A stretch of 64,000 bases of DNA from Candidatus Rokubacteria bacterium RIFCSPLOWO2_02_FULL_73_56 (lineage in GTDB: Bacteria > Methylomirabilota > Methylomirabilia > Rokubacteriales > CSP1-6). This document shows, in pieces, positions 1 to 11,680 of this stretch (the stretch's first letter is position 1; every line of letters starts with the position of its first letter). The notes beneath the pieces are model-generated. The model saw only the letters and a list, made by a program, of their open reading frames with translations. It did not search any database and was not told the DNA's origin. The stretch covers positions 27,756-91,755 of the forward strand of contig MGCF01000053.1 in NCBI GenBank assembly GCA_001788495.1, read 5' to 3'. The position numbers and the translations under genes are program-made.

Positions 1-611
1 CAGCCCGCGAGCTTGCCGGTCAGGTGCACGCCGACGAGCCTGGGATGGAGCACCTCCCACGGCAGGCCCGCCATCACCTCGCCGCAGTCGGCGCCGCCGA
101 CGCCGATCGCGAGCATCCCGAGTCCCGCGCCGTTCGGCGTGTGCGAGTCCGCGCCGATCATGAGGCCGCCCGGGAAGGCGTAGTTCTCGAGGACGACCTG
201 GTGGATGATCCCCGAGCCCGGCCGCCAGAAGCCGATGCCGTACTTCTTCGACACCGAGCGGAGGAAGTCGTACACCTCCTGGTTCTCCCGGATCGCGCGC
301 CCCAGGTCGTCGGCGGCGCCCGACTCGGCGCGGATCAGGTGGTCGCAGTGCACGGTCGAGGGCACCGCCACGCGCGGGCGCCCCGACTGCATGAACTGCA
401 GCAGGGCCATCTGCGCCGTCGCGTCCTGCATCGCGACCCGGTCCACGGAGAGGCGCAGGATCGCCCGGCCGCGCTCCCACGTCTGGCGCTCGAAGTCCCA
501 GCAGTGGGCGACCAGGATCTTCTCGGCCAGCGTCAGCGGCCGGCCCCAGGCGCGGCGCGCCCGGGCGAGCCGCTCGGGCATCGCCGCGTAGGTGGACCGG
601 ATCTCCTCCAT
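1..611 (-). CDS. aconitate hydratase, mitochondrial-type (N-terminal ~203 aa; gene continues past window start)
   Basis: Minus-strand translation from ATG at 611..609, with AGGAGG 6 nt upstream, gives [15 protein letters not shown]...[14 protein letters not shown]...[19 protein letters not shown]...[34 protein letters not shown]. These are the conserved aconitase N-terminal motifs. It is absent from the ORF track because it runs off the edge. Confidence 0.85.
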   Translation of the reverse strand, partial: MEEIRSTYAAMPERLARARRAWGRPLTLAEKILVAHCWDFERQTWERGRAILRLSVDRVAMQDATAQMALLQFMQSGRPRVAVPSTVHCDHLIRAESGAADDLGRAIRENQEVYDFLRSVSKKYGIGFWRPGSGIIHQVVLENYAFPGGLMIGADSHTPNGAGLGMLAIGVGGADCGEVMAGLPWEVLHPRLVGVHLTGKLAG

Positions 612-621
612 CGGAGGCCTC

Positions 622-1388
622 CTACACGCCCGCGGCCGCCGCCGCGCGGCGCGGCTGGAAGCTCGCCTTGACGAGGTCGCGGTTCAGGCGCGCGATGAAC
701 GCGATGCTGATCTCCTTCGGGCAGGCCGCCTCGCACTCGCGCATGTTGGTGCAGCTCCCGAACAGCTCGCGGTCCATCGCCCTCACCATGTCGCGCGCGC
801 GGTCCCAGCGCTCGGGCTGGCCCTGCGGCAGCAGGCCGAGGTGCGAGACCTTGGCGGCCGTGAAGAGCATCGCCGAGGCGTTCGGACACGCGGCCACGCA
901 GGCGCCGCAGCCGATGCAGGCCGCGGCGTCGAAGGCGCGCTCGGCGTCGTCCTTTGGGATCAGGAGCGCGTTCGCGTCGGGCGCGCTGCCGGTGGGCGCG
1001 CTGATGAAGCCGCCCGCCTGGATGATCCGGTCGAGGGCCGCGCGGTCCACGACCAGGTCCTTGAGGACCGGGAACGCGCGGGCCCGCCACGGCTCGAGCG
1101 TGAGGACGTCGCCGTCCTCGAACGTGCGCAGGTGGAGCTGGCAGACGGTGGTCCCGCGGCGGGGCCCGTGCGGGACGCCGTTGATCACGAAGCCGCACGA
1201 GCCGCAGATGCCCTCGCGGCAGTCGTGCTCGAAGGCGATCGGCGCCTCGCCGCGCGCGATCAACCCCTCGTTGACGACGTCGAGCATCTCGAGGAACGAC
1301 ATGTCCGGGCTCACGTTCGTCGCCTGGTAGCTGACGAACCGCCCGGGGCTGCCCGCGCCCTTCTGCCGCCAGACTTTCAGGATCAGGT

Positions 1389-1392
<4 letters not shown>
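622..1392 (-). CDS. sdhB: succinate dehydrogenase iron-sulfur subunit
   Basis: Product starts [10 protein letters not shown], carries 2Fe-2S ([10 protein letters not shown]) and CxxCxxC...CP ferredoxin motifs, and is ~256 aa. The ATG overlaps the sdhA stop (ATGA). The 878-aa ORF 622..3258 in the track is this gene run on into an sdhA shadow frame. Confidence 0.9.
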
Positions 1393-3344
<1,952 letters not shown>

Positions 3345-3350
3345 TCTCCG

Positions 3351-4034
3351 TCAGTTGACCAGGCCGCCGAGCACGGCCAGGGGGATCGAGACGTTGCCCA
3401 CGACCACGAGGACCGCCGCGACGACGGCGAGCCCCCTGTAGAACCCGTTGCCGCGCGCGTTCATGCCGAGCGTCTGGAACATCGACCAGACACCGTGGTA
3501 GAGGTGCAGCCCGAGGGCCGCCTGCGCGACGACGTAGAAGGCCGAGACGTACCAGACGCGGAAGCCGTTCACGACGTTGCGGTAGACGGACGCCTCCTGG
3601 AACTGGCCGGGCGCGTACCCGACCACCCCGACGGTGAAGTGCAGGAGGTGGTAGACGATGAAGAGCAGCACGATCACGCCGCCCCAGCGCATCGTCCGCG
3701 CCGCGTAGTCCGCCGCGACCGCCTCCTTCTCCGTGTACGCCACCGGGCGCGCGGCCCAGCTCGCCTGCGTGAGCTGGACGGCGGCCACGACGTGGAGGAC
3801 GACCGCCGCGAGCAGGATCAGGCGCATGCTCCAGAGGGCCTGGCCGTGCACCAGGATCGGCTCGCCCAGCGCCCGGAGGCCCCGGGCGTAGGCGTCGAAG
3901 TGCTCGGGCCCGAGGTAGATCTTGAGGTTGCCGGCCATGTGCAGGATGACGAACCCGACCAGGGCGATGCCGGTGACCGCCATCACCGCTTTCTTGCCGA
4001 TCGAGGTGCTCCAGAGGGCTGCGACCGCGCTCAT
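3351..4034 (-). CDS. sdhC: succinate dehydrogenase cytochrome b558 membrane subunit
   Basis: Multi-His, 5-TM hydrophobic protein directly upstream of sdhA. The preferred start is MSAVAALW at 4034 with AGGAGA 6 nt upstream. The ORF track extends it to 4094. Confidence 0.75.
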   Translation of the reverse strand: MSAVAALWSTSIGKKAVMAVTGIALVGFVILHMAGNLKIYLGPEHFDAYARGLRALGEPILVHGQALWSMRLILLAAVVLHVVAAVQLTQASWAARPVAYTEKEAVAADYAARTMRWGGVIVLLFIVYHLLHFTVGVVGYAPGQFQEASVYRNVVNGFRVWYVSAFYVVAQAALGLHLYHGVWSMFQTLGMNARGNGFYRGLAVVAAVLVVVGNVSIPLAVLGGLVN

Positions 4035-4105
4035 GGCGTCTCCTGTCCCGAACAGACGTTCGCCTCCCCCGTTGGCCGGGAGGAGGCGAGGCACGCGACG
4101 GCTAG

Positions 4106-4135
4106 ACTCTAACGCTCGGCGCCGCGGGGCGTCAA
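4106..4135 (-). promoter_or_regulatory. candidate sigma70 promoter for sdhCAB
   Basis: On the minus strand, TTGACG, a 17-bp spacer and TTAGAGT lie about 70 nt upstream of the sdhC start. The -35 overlaps the stop codon of the upstream Fe-S gene. Confidence 0.35.
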
Positions 4136-4842
4136 CCGCTCCCGCCGAGGAGCCGCGAAAGGCCTAAGCGCCTGAGACGAATGATGGAGGCCGTCGGCGC
4201 GAGGCCCATCGGGCACACCTCGGTGCAGTTGCCCTGGCCGTGACAGCGGGCGAGCGCGTCGTCGCCGAGCAGGACGCCCCAGCGGGCGGCGCGGGCGCCG
4301 TCGCGCGAGTCGAGCTGCAGCGTGAGCGCGCGGTTGAGCGCCGCGGGCCCCGGGAAGCGCGCGTTCGCGGCGACGAGCGTGCAGGCCGAGACGCACATGG
4401 CGCAGCCGATGCACTCGATCGCCTCGTCGATCCGCGCCCGCGCGCGCGAGTCGCCCCCGACGTGCGCGTGGGGCGCGGCGTCCACGCGCGGCGCGAAGGC
4501 GCCGAGCGTGCGGCGCAGGCGCTCGGCGTGCGGCGCGAGGTCCACGACGAGGTCGCGGAGCAGCGGGAAGTGGTAGAGCGGGCGCACGCTCACGGCGCCG
4601 GCGCCGAGGTCGCCGAGGCGGGTGCGGCACGCCCAGCGCTCGCGGCCGTTCACGACCACCGCGCACGAGCCGCACATGCCGACGCGGCAGGCGTAGCGGA
4701 AGGCGAGCGTCGCGTCCTGCGTGCGCTGGACGTCCACCAGCGCGTCGAGCACGGTCGTGTCGGCGACGGCCTCGACGCGGTAGTCGCGCGTCCGCTCGGC
4801 CTCGCCCGGGGACCAGCGGAACACCCGGAGGGTGCGCGTCAT
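4132..4842 (-). CDS. succinate dehydrogenase/fumarate reductase iron-sulfur subunit paralog
   Basis: 237 aa starting MTRTLRVFRW, with 2Fe-2S (CRVGMCGSC) and two 4Fe-4S cysteine motifs (CIGCAMCVSAC, CHGQGNCTEVCP). It lies immediately upstream of sdhC on the same strand. It is the 3' part of track ORF 4132..6189. Confidence 0.8.
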   Translation of the reverse strand: MTRTLRVFRWSPGEAERTRDYRVEAVADTTVLDALVDVQRTQDATLAFRYACRVGMCGSCAVVVNGRERWACRTRLGDLGAGAVSVRPLYHFPLLRDLVVDLAPHAERLRRTLGAFAPRVDAAPHAHVGGDSRARARIDEAIECIGCAMCVSACTLVAANARFPGPAALNRALTLQLDSRDGARAARWGVLLGDDALARCHGQGNCTEVCPMGLAPTASIIRLRRLGLSRLLGGSG

Positions 4843-4866
4843 CGGCGCTATACTACCGCCACTCCC

Positions 4867-6192
4867 ATGACGCCGCGGCACGACCGGCTCGAGCTGCTGG
4901 ATCGCTACCTGCGCATCCCGACGATCAGCCGGCAGGTGACGCCGGAGACGGTCGAGGCCGTGCGCGCCTTCTGGCGCGACCTGGGCCTGCCGCTCGAGCC
5001 GCTCGCCCCTCCCGGCGGCGCGGGGACGCCGGCGCTCTGGGGCGAGATCCCGGGCCCCGCGGGCGCGCCCACGCTCCTGCTCTACGGCCACTGGGACGTG
5101 CAGCCCACGGGCGACCCGGCGCGCTGGCGCTGGGAGGGCGTCGAGTGCCGGCCGTTCGAGCCGACGTACTTCCTCCGCGGGCGCCGCGTCGAGCCGCGCA
5201 CGGTCCCGGCGGCGGAGCTGGACGACGTGGTCGTGGTCGCGCGCGGGGGCGCCGACAACAAGGGCCAGCACCTGGCCAACGTCCTCGGCGCGCTCGACGC
5301 CGCGCGCGCGGGCACGCTCGCCTGGCGCGTGCGGATCGTCCTCGACGGCGAGGAGGAGCACGGCAGCCCCCACCTCGAGGCGATCGCGCGGGCGCACCGC
5401 GCGCGCCTCGCCGCCGACGTGCTGATCGGCTCGGACGGGCCGAAGCCCGGGGACCAGCCCACGCTCGTGATGGGGGTGCGCGGCCTCCTCATGGTGGACC
5501 TCGTCGCGGACAACGGCCAGCCCGCGTCGCTCCACTCCGGCAACTACGGCAACATCGTGCCGAACCCCGTGCTGCCGCTCGCGCGGCTCATCGAGGACAT
5601 CGAGGCGCGCGTGGCCGCGTACGCCGAGGCGCACGCGGCGTTCCGGCAGGAGGCCGAGGCGGTGTTCGCGAAGTGGCAGGACCGCGCGGTCTGGACGCCG
5701 TACCTGCGGCCCACGGTGAACGTCAACCACCTGATGACCGAGGGCGCCTCGCCCGCGCTCCGGCGCACGATCATCCCGCGCTCGGCCCACGCGCGCCTCG
5801 ACGTCCGCCTGACGCCCGACACGCCGCTCGGCGCGGTGCGCGAGCTGGTCGAGCGCGCGGTCGCCGACCACCAGCGCCGGACGCCGGGCGTCGCGTTCAG
5901 CGTGGCGCTGGAGGGCCAGCCCGCGAGCTACACCTCGCCGGCGCGGCCGGAGTTCGGCTGGCTCCTCCGCCTGCTCGAGGAGCACGCGGACGCCGAGCCC
6001 GTCGCGCTGCCGATCCTGGGCGGCACGCTGCCACTGCACGTCTTCACGGACACGCTCGGGATCCCCGCGCTGTGGCTCCCGGCCGCCAACGCGAACAACC
6101 AGCAGCACGACGTCAACGAGCACTACGTGCTGCGCCACTTCTACGGCCAGACCGCGCTCTTCACCCGGATCGTCTCGTCGCGACCCCACTAG
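4867..6192 (+). CDS. M20 family metallopeptidase (dipeptidase/ArgE/DapE-like)
   Basis: Starts MTPRHDRLELLDRYLRIPTIS. HWDVQP, GGADNKG and DGEEE(H)GS motifs are typical of M20 peptidases. It is the 3' part of ORF 4240..6192. TATACT lies 13 nt upstream of the ATG in a 24-bp divergent gap. Confidence 0.8.
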   Translation: MTPRHDRLELLDRYLRIPTISRQVTPETVEAVRAFWRDLGLPLEPLAPPGGAGTPALWGEIPGPAGAPTLLLYGHWDVQPTGDPARWRWEGVECRPFEPTYFLRGRRVEPRTVPAAELDDVVVVARGGADNKGQHLANVLGALDAARAGTLAWRVRIVLDGEEEHGSPHLEAIARAHRARLAADVLIGSDGPKPGDQPTLVMGVRGLLMVDLVADNGQPASLHSGNYGNIVPNPVLPLARLIEDIEARVAAYAEAHAAFRQEAEAVFAKWQDRAVWTPYLRPTVNVNHLMTEGASPALRRTIIPRSAHARLDVRLTPDTPLGAVRELVERAVADHQRRTPGVAFSVALEGQPASYTSPARPEFGWLLRLLEEHADAEPVALPILGGTLPLHVFTDTLGIPALWLPAANANNQQHDVNEHYVLRHFYGQTALFTRIVSSRPH

Positions 6193-6201
6193 GAGGAGAC
6201 C

Positions 6202-7737
6202 ATGAAGCGGATCGTCACCCTCGCCTCACTGCTGCTGCTCGCGCTCTCGCTCGCCGTGCCCGCGGGGCCCGCCGACGCCGCCCCCCGGGGGCGGGTCACC
6301 GTCGCGCTCGGGTCGGACACGCCGACGCAGGACCCGCACATGCACACGGCGCGGATGGGCATCATCATCAACCAGCACATCTTCGACACCCTGCTCGCGC
6401 GCGACACCACCACCTGGAAGCCGGTGCCGCACCTCGCCGAGTCCGTGAAGAGCGTCAACGCGCTCACCTGGGAGCTCCGGCTGCGGAAGGGCGTCACGTT
6501 CCACAACGGCGAGCCCTTCACCGCCGAGAGCGTGAAGTTCTCCTTCGACCGCGTGCTGAACCCGGAGCAGAAGTCGCCGCTCCGGGGCAACTTCACCTGG
6601 ATCAAGTCGGTGGACGTCGTGGACGAGCACACGGTCCGCATCGTGACCACCAAGCCCTACCCGCTCATCCAGGAGATCCTCACCTTCGGCAACTTCGGCA
6701 TGGTGCCGCCCAGGTACATCAAGGAGAAGGGCGACGCCAACTTCGCCAAGCACCCGGTCGGGACCGGGCCGTTCACGTTCGTCGAGTGGCGCAAGGGCGA
6801 GCGGACCGTGCTGGAGGCGAACGAGCGGTACTGGAAGGGCGCGCCCGCGATCAAGACCCTCGTCTTCCGCGTGATCCCGGAGACCGCGACGCAGATCGCC
6901 GAGCTGCTCTCGGGCGGCGTGGACATCATCCGGGCCGTCCCCCCCGACCAGATCCCGGCGATCGAGCGCTCGGGCACCGCGCGGATCACCGCGACGAAGA
7001 TCCTGCGCGTCGTGTACCTGCAGCTCGACGGCGACGGCCGCGCCGGCAAGACGCCGCTCACCGACGTGCGCGTGCGCCGCGCGATCAACCACGCGGTCAA
7101 CGTGGACGAGATCATGCAGAAGGTGCTCGGCGGCAAGGCCGTGCGCTCGACCACCGGCGACAACCCGATGGTGTTCGGCTACGACCCCGCGGTGAAGCCG
7201 TACGCGTACGACCCGGCGCAGGCCAGGAAGCTCCTCGCCGAGGCGGGCTACCCGAACGGCCTCGAGCTGACGCTCAACACGTACGCGGGCTCGATCGTGA
7301 ACGTCGACCAGGTCGCGCAGGCGATCATGGGCTACCTGAGCCAGGTCGGCGTGCGGGTCAAGCTCCGCCACTTCGCCGACGTCGGGCAGTACCTGGCGAA
7401 CTTCCGCGGCTCGAAGCTCGACGGCATGACGCTCGCGTCCTGGGGTTACAACTCGGTCTTCGACACCGACGCGATCTACTACATCCACTTCCACACGGGC
7501 GAGCCCTACGCGTACAACACGTCCAGGGAGATGGACCAGTGGCTGGAGGCCGGGCGCTCCACGGTGGACCCCAGGCAGCGGCAGGACGTCTACTCGAGGT
7601 TCCAGCGGTTCATCGTGGACCAGGCCTACTGGGTGCCGATGTACGCGCAGTTCACGATCGAGGCGGTCTCGAACAAGCTGAACTACGAGGCCTCGAGCGA
7701 CGAGATCATGCGCGTGCACGCGGCCACGTGGAAGTAG
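6202..7737 (+). CDS. ABC transporter substrate-binding protein, family 5 (peptide/nickel DppA-like)
   Basis: 511 aa with a Sec signal peptide, a GGAGG RBS and SBP_bac_5-like sequence throughout. Confidence 0.85.
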   Translation: MKRIVTLASLLLLALSLAVPAGPADAAPRGRVTVALGSDTPTQDPHMHTARMGIIINQHIFDTLLARDTTTWKPVPHLAESVKSVNALTWELRLRKGVTFHNGEPFTAESVKFSFDRVLNPEQKSPLRGNFTWIKSVDVVDEHTVRIVTTKPYPLIQEILTFGNFGMVPPRYIKEKGDANFAKHPVGTGPFTFVEWRKGERTVLEANERYWKGAPAIKTLVFRVIPETATQIAELLSGGVDIIRAVPPDQIPAIERSGTARITATKILRVVYLQLDGDGRAGKTPLTDVRVRRAINHAVNVDEIMQKVLGGKAVRSTTGDNPMVFGYDPAVKPYAYDPAQARKLLAEAGYPNGLELTLNTYAGSIVNVDQVAQAIMGYLSQVGVRVKLRHFADVGQYLANFRGSKLDGMTLASWGYNSVFDTDAIYYIHFHTGEPYAYNTSREMDQWLEAGRSTVDPRQRQDVYSRFQRFIVDQAYWVPMYAQFTIEAVSNKLNYEASSDEIMRVHAATWK

Positions 7738-7760
7738 CCGCCCCGGCGGTCTAGTGTCCG

Positions 7761-8690
7761 ATGTGGACGTTCGTCGTGCACCGGCTGGTCCGGGCGGTCT
7801 TCGTCTGCCTGGGCATCTCGCTGATCACGTTCACGCTGCTGCACGTGGTCGGCGACCCGGTGCTGCTGCTCGTGCCCCAGAGCGCGTCGGACGCGGACGT
7901 CCGGCTCCTCAAGGAAAAGCTCGGCCTCGACCGGCCGCTCTGGGCGCAGTACGCCGTGTTCCTGCGCGACGCCGTCCGCGGGGACTTCGGCGAGTCGCTC
8001 TTCACGCAGGAGTCGGCGCTCGTGCTGATCCTCGAGCGGATGCCGGCCACGCTCGAGCTGACGTTCGCCGGCATGGCGGTGGGGCTCCTGATCGCCATCC
8101 CGCTCGGCGTCGTCTCCGCGATCCGCCGCGGCTCGCTGACCGACCGGCTCTGCACGGTCGGGGCCGTCACGGGGCAGGCGATGCCGATCTTCTGGCTCGG
8201 CATCATGCTCATCATCGTCTTCGCCGTGCAGCTCCGGGTCCTGCCCGCGTCCGGCCGCGGCACCCTGGCGCACCTCGTGCTCCCGGCCATCACGCTCGGC
8301 GCGTACCTGGCGCCGCTCACGATGCGGCTCACGCGCTCGGGCATGCTCGACGTGCTCACGCAGGACTACATCCGCACCGCGCGGGCCAAGGGCGTCGGCG
8401 AGCGCGTGCTCCTGTTCAAGCACGCGCTCCGCAACGCGGCGATCCCGATCGTGACGATCCTCGGCGTGCAGTTCGGGCGCCTGCTCGGCGGCGCCGTCGT
8501 CACCGAGACGGTCTTCGCCTGGCCCGGCGTCGCCTCGCTCGCCGTGAAGGCGATCAACACCTACGACTACCCGGTCGTCCAGGGCGCGGTGGTGCTGCTC
8601 GCGTTCCTGATCGTGCTCGCCAACCTCCTGGCCGACATCGCCGTGACCTGGCTCGACCCGCGCGTCCGCCTCGACGAGGACCATGCCTAG
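7761..8690 (+). CDS. ABC transporter permease (DppB/OppB-like)
   Basis: 309 aa, 6 TM, with a conserved EAA-like loop (ARAKGVGE..LLFKHALRNA). Confidence 0.85.
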   Translation: MWTFVVHRLVRAVFVCLGISLITFTLLHVVGDPVLLLVPQSASDADVRLLKEKLGLDRPLWAQYAVFLRDAVRGDFGESLFTQESALVLILERMPATLELTFAGMAVGLLIAIPLGVVSAIRRGSLTDRLCTVGAVTGQAMPIFWLGIMLIIVFAVQLRVLPASGRGTLAHLVLPAITLGAYLAPLTMRLTRSGMLDVLTQDYIRTARAKGVGERVLLFKHALRNAAIPIVTILGVQFGRLLGGAVVTETVFAWPGVASLAVKAINTYDYPVVQGAVVLLAFLIVLANLLADIAVTWLDPRVRLDEDHA

Positions 8691-9543
8691 GCTCCGGCGC
8701 CTCCGCTTCCTGGCCGTCGGCAGCGCGATCGTGGGCGTGGCCGTCCTCTGCGCCCTCGCCGCGCCCCTGCTCGCGCCGGGCGACCCCTATCGCCAGGCCG
8801 TCGGCAACCGCCTGCTGCCGCCGGTCTGGGCCGCGGGCGGGAGCTGGACGCACGCGCTCGGCACCGACCCGCTCGGGCGCGACACCCTTTCGCGCATCAT
8901 CTACGGCGCCCGCGTCTCGATCAGCGCGGGCGCCCTCGCCGTGGCCTTCTCGATGGTCCTCGGCGTGCTCATGGGGCTCCTCGCCGGCTTCTTCCGCGGC
9001 ACGGTGGACGCGGTGGTCTCGAACTTCGTGGACGTGATGCTCGCCTTCCCGTTCCTGCTGCTCGCGCTCGCCGCGGTCGCGGCGCTCGGCCCGGGCTTCG
9101 GCAACATGATCGTGGTGCTCGGGCTCACGGGCTGGCCGATCTACACGCGCGTCGTGCGGGCCGAGACGCTCAAGTTCCGCGAGCGCGAGTTCGTGCTGGC
9201 GGCGCGGGCGCTCGGCCTCGGCAGCGCGCGCATTTTGCGGGCGCACGTGCTGCCGAACCTGGTCAACACGATCATCGTCATGGCGAGCCTCGAGGTCGCG
9301 CGCATGATCATCCTCGAGTCGTTCCTGTCCTTCCTCGGGCTCGGCATCCAGCCGCCGACGCCCTCGTGGGGCGCGATGCTCGGCGAGGGGCGCGTCTACA
9401 TGCTCACCCACTGGTGGCTCGCCGCCTTCCCCGGGGCCGCGATCTTCGTCACCACGCTCGGGATCAACCTGTTCGGCGACGGCCTGCGCGACGTGCTCGA
9501 CCCGCACCGCGTCCTCATGCAGCCCGGCACGCGGGCGGAGTGA
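8683..9543 (+). CDS. ABC transporter permease (DppC/OppC-like)
   Basis: 286 aa. The start overlaps the previous stop by 8 nt. Permease signature AARALGLGSARILRAHVLPN. No ATPase genes follow. Confidence 0.85.
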   Translation: MPRLRRLRFLAVGSAIVGVAVLCALAAPLLAPGDPYRQAVGNRLLPPVWAAGGSWTHALGTDPLGRDTLSRIIYGARVSISAGALAVAFSMVLGVLMGLLAGFFRGTVDAVVSNFVDVMLAFPFLLLALAAVAALGPGFGNMIVVLGLTGWPIYTRVVRAETLKFREREFVLAARALGLGSARILRAHVLPNLVNTIIVMASLEVARMIILESFLSFLGLGIQPPTPSWGAMLGEGRVYMLTHWWLAAFPGAAIFVTTLGINLFGDGLRDVLDPHRVLMQPGTRAE

Positions 9544-9586
9544 CGCGCGCGCCGAGCTTCAGGACGTCGCGTCTCGAGATCTTCAT
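9515..9586 (-). other. 23-aa mini-ORF with twin-arginine (Tat) signal-like sequence; probable remnant of a truncated exported-protein gene
   Basis: MKISRRDVLKLGARVTPPACRAA. Its ATG overlaps the AtuA stop (ATGA), with GGAGAGGA 6 nt upstream. The ORF ends inside the 3' end of the convergent permease gene. Confidence 0.3.
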
Positions 9587-11355
9587 GGTGTCCTCTCCGA
9601 ACATGGTTGGGAGAGCAGGGCCTGCGGGAGCTCGGCCCGGCGCGCGCGGAAGTACTCGCCGAGCGACTTCGCCTGCGGGTCGCTCCGCGTCGAGGAGGAC
9701 ACGCCCTCCCCGAGCAGCCCCTTGAGCACGAAGTTCACGGCCAGCAGGTTCGGTAGCAGGTGGCGCTCGACGGCGAGGCCGCGGCACTCGGGCAGGAGCT
9801 GCCGGAGCCGGTCGGGTGTGACGCTCGCCGCGAGCCACGCGTAGGCCTGGGGGCTCCGCGCCCAGACGCCGAGGTTCGCGTTGCCGCCCTTGTCGCCCGA
9901 GCGCGCGCCGAAGAGCCGCCCAAGCGGCGCGCGCACGGTCGGCCCGGACGGCACGGGCGGGAGCGGGACGACGGGGACGGCCACGCCGGGGAACGCGGCC
10001 GGCGGCGCGCTCGGCGCGACGCGGATCGCCTCGCCCTCGAGGTGCACCACCTGCTCGATCAGCCCGGCCGGGACGAGCGCCGGCCAGTAGACCGCGTACG
10101 GCGACTCCTCCTGGGGCGGCGCCGTCGTGTGGAAGCCCGGGTAGTGGGCGAGCGCCAGCTCGATCGCCTTGTTGCTGAAGGCGCGCCCGACCTTCTTCGG
10201 GTCCGGATCCTTCACGGTGATCTTCAGGTGGGCGAACGCCGCCTCGTTCGTCGCGGGGTCCTCGCGGTCCGAGCGCACGAGGCTCACGGCGGTCTCGGCG
10301 AAGCTCTCGCGCCCGCCCACGAGCGGCCAGAACGTGTCCTCGATCAGCTTGGCCTTCTCGACGACGTCGAGCCCGGCCAGCACGAAGCTCACGCCGTTCC
10401 GGTAGCCGCCCAGGTAGTTGAGGCAGAGCTTGGCCGTGGCCGGCGGCGGCTCGCCGCGCACGCCCGAGACGCGCACGCGGTCGGGGCCGGTCGCCTCGAG
10501 GCGGATCGTGTCGAAGCGCGCGGTCGCGTCGGGATTGAGGTAGCGGGGCGCGTCGATCTCGTAGAGGAGCTGGGCGGTGAGCGTGCCGACCGAGACGAGG
10601 CCGCCCGTGCCCGGGTGCTTGGTCACGACGAAGGTGCCGTCCTCCTCGACCTCGGCGAGCGGGAAGCCGATCTTCGTGTAGGTCGGCACCTCCTGGAAGA
10701 AGGCGTAGTTGCCGCCCGTGCACTGGGCGCCGCACTCGAGGATGTGTCCCGCGACGACCGCGGAGGCCAGCCGGTCCCAGTCCTCGCGCGCCCAGCCGAA
10801 GCGCCACGCCGCGGGGCCGACGACGAGCGAGGCGTCGGTGACGCGGCCGGTGATCACGACGTCGGCGCCGCGCCCGAGGGCCTCGGCGATCCCCCAGCCC
10901 CCGAGGTAGGCGTTCGCCGTGAGGACCGGCGCCCGGAGCTGGGCGAGCGGGAGCCCCCGGTCGAGGTGCGCGAGGGCGTGCCCCTGCGCCTGCCAGGCCT
11001 CCAGGCGGTCGAGCACGTCGTCGCCGGTCACGTACGCAATGCGCGGCGCGAGCCCGAGCGTCCGCGCGACGGCGGCGAGCGCCTCGGCGCAGCCCCGGGG
11101 GTTGAGCCCGCCGGCGTTCACGACGACGCGGATCCCCCGCTCCAGGCAGCGGCCGAGGACCTGCTCCATCTGGGTGACGAACGTCGTCGCGTACCCGGCC
11201 TCCGGCCGCTTCTGGCGCGTGCGCCAGAGGATCGCCATGGTGAGCTCGGCGAGGTAGTCGCCGGTCAGGACGTCGATCGGCCCGCCCTCCACCATCTCGC
11301 GCGCGGCGGCGAGGCGGTCGCCGTAGAAGCCGGAGCAGTTGGCGATGCGGAGCAC
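9583..11355 (-). CDS. AtuA-family (DUF1446) protein
   Basis: Conserved core starts VLRIANCSGFYGDRLAAAREMVEGGPIDVLTGDYLAELTMAIL. I chose the GTG start at 11355. The track ORF 9583..11661 adds a low-complexity N-extension that I consider non-coding. Confidence 0.7.
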   Translation of the reverse strand: MLRIANCSGFYGDRLAAAREMVEGGPIDVLTGDYLAELTMAILWRTRQKRPEAGYATTFVTQMEQVLGRCLERGIRVVVNAGGLNPRGCAEALAAVARTLGLAPRIAYVTGDDVLDRLEAWQAQGHALAHLDRGLPLAQLRAPVLTANAYLGGWGIAEALGRGADVVITGRVTDASLVVGPAAWRFGWAREDWDRLASAVVAGHILECGAQCTGGNYAFFQEVPTYTKIGFPLAEVEEDGTFVVTKHPGTGGLVSVGTLTAQLLYEIDAPRYLNPDATARFDTIRLEATGPDRVRVSGVRGEPPPATAKLCLNYLGGYRNGVSFVLAGLDVVEKAKLIEDTFWPLVGGRESFAETAVSLVRSDREDPATNEAAFAHLKITVKDPDPKKVGRAFSNKAIELALAHYPGFHTTAPPQEESPYAVYWPALVPAGLIEQVVHLEGEAIRVAPSAPPAAFPGVAVPVVPLPPVPSGPTVRAPLGRLFGARSGDKGGNANLGVWARSPQAYAWLAASVTPDRLRQLLPECRGLAVERHLLPNLLAVNFVLKGLLGEGVSSSTRSDPQAKSLGEYFRARRAELPQALLSQPCSERTP

Positions 11356-11366
11356 GGCGCCTGGGC

Positions 11367-11621
11367 CTAGTACCACCGCCACGCCCACACGGCGGCGAAG
11401 AGCGCGGCGGCGAGGGCCAGCGCCAGGACGAACAGCATCCGGTGCCAGCGGAGCGGCAGGCCCAGGTCGAGCAGGAGCGAGCGCACGCCGAGCAGCGCGT
11501 GCAGGAGCGCCAGGCCGAGGAGCGCCGCCTGGACCTGCCGGCGGAAGGGGTTCGCGAGGTGGAGCGCGATCACGACCAGCAGCAGGACCGCCGCGGCGCG
11601 CTGCAGGAGCCACGCCCACAT
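11367..11621 (-). CDS. small hydrophobic membrane protein (84 aa), unknown function
   Basis: MWAWLLQRAAAVLLLVVIALH... has 2-3 predicted TM helices. It sits between the amidohydrolase and AtuA genes, 12 nt upstream of the AtuA start. The start call is uncertain. Confidence 0.4.
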   Translation of the reverse strand: MWAWLLQRAAAVLLLVVIALHLANPFRRQVQAALLGLALLHALLGVRSLLLDLGLPLRWHRMLFVLALALAAALFAAVWAWRWY

Positions 11622-11680
11622 GCCGAGCTTCGTGTCGCGCCAGCCCTCGGCGCTCGTCCACTCGCGGCGCAGCACGCGGC

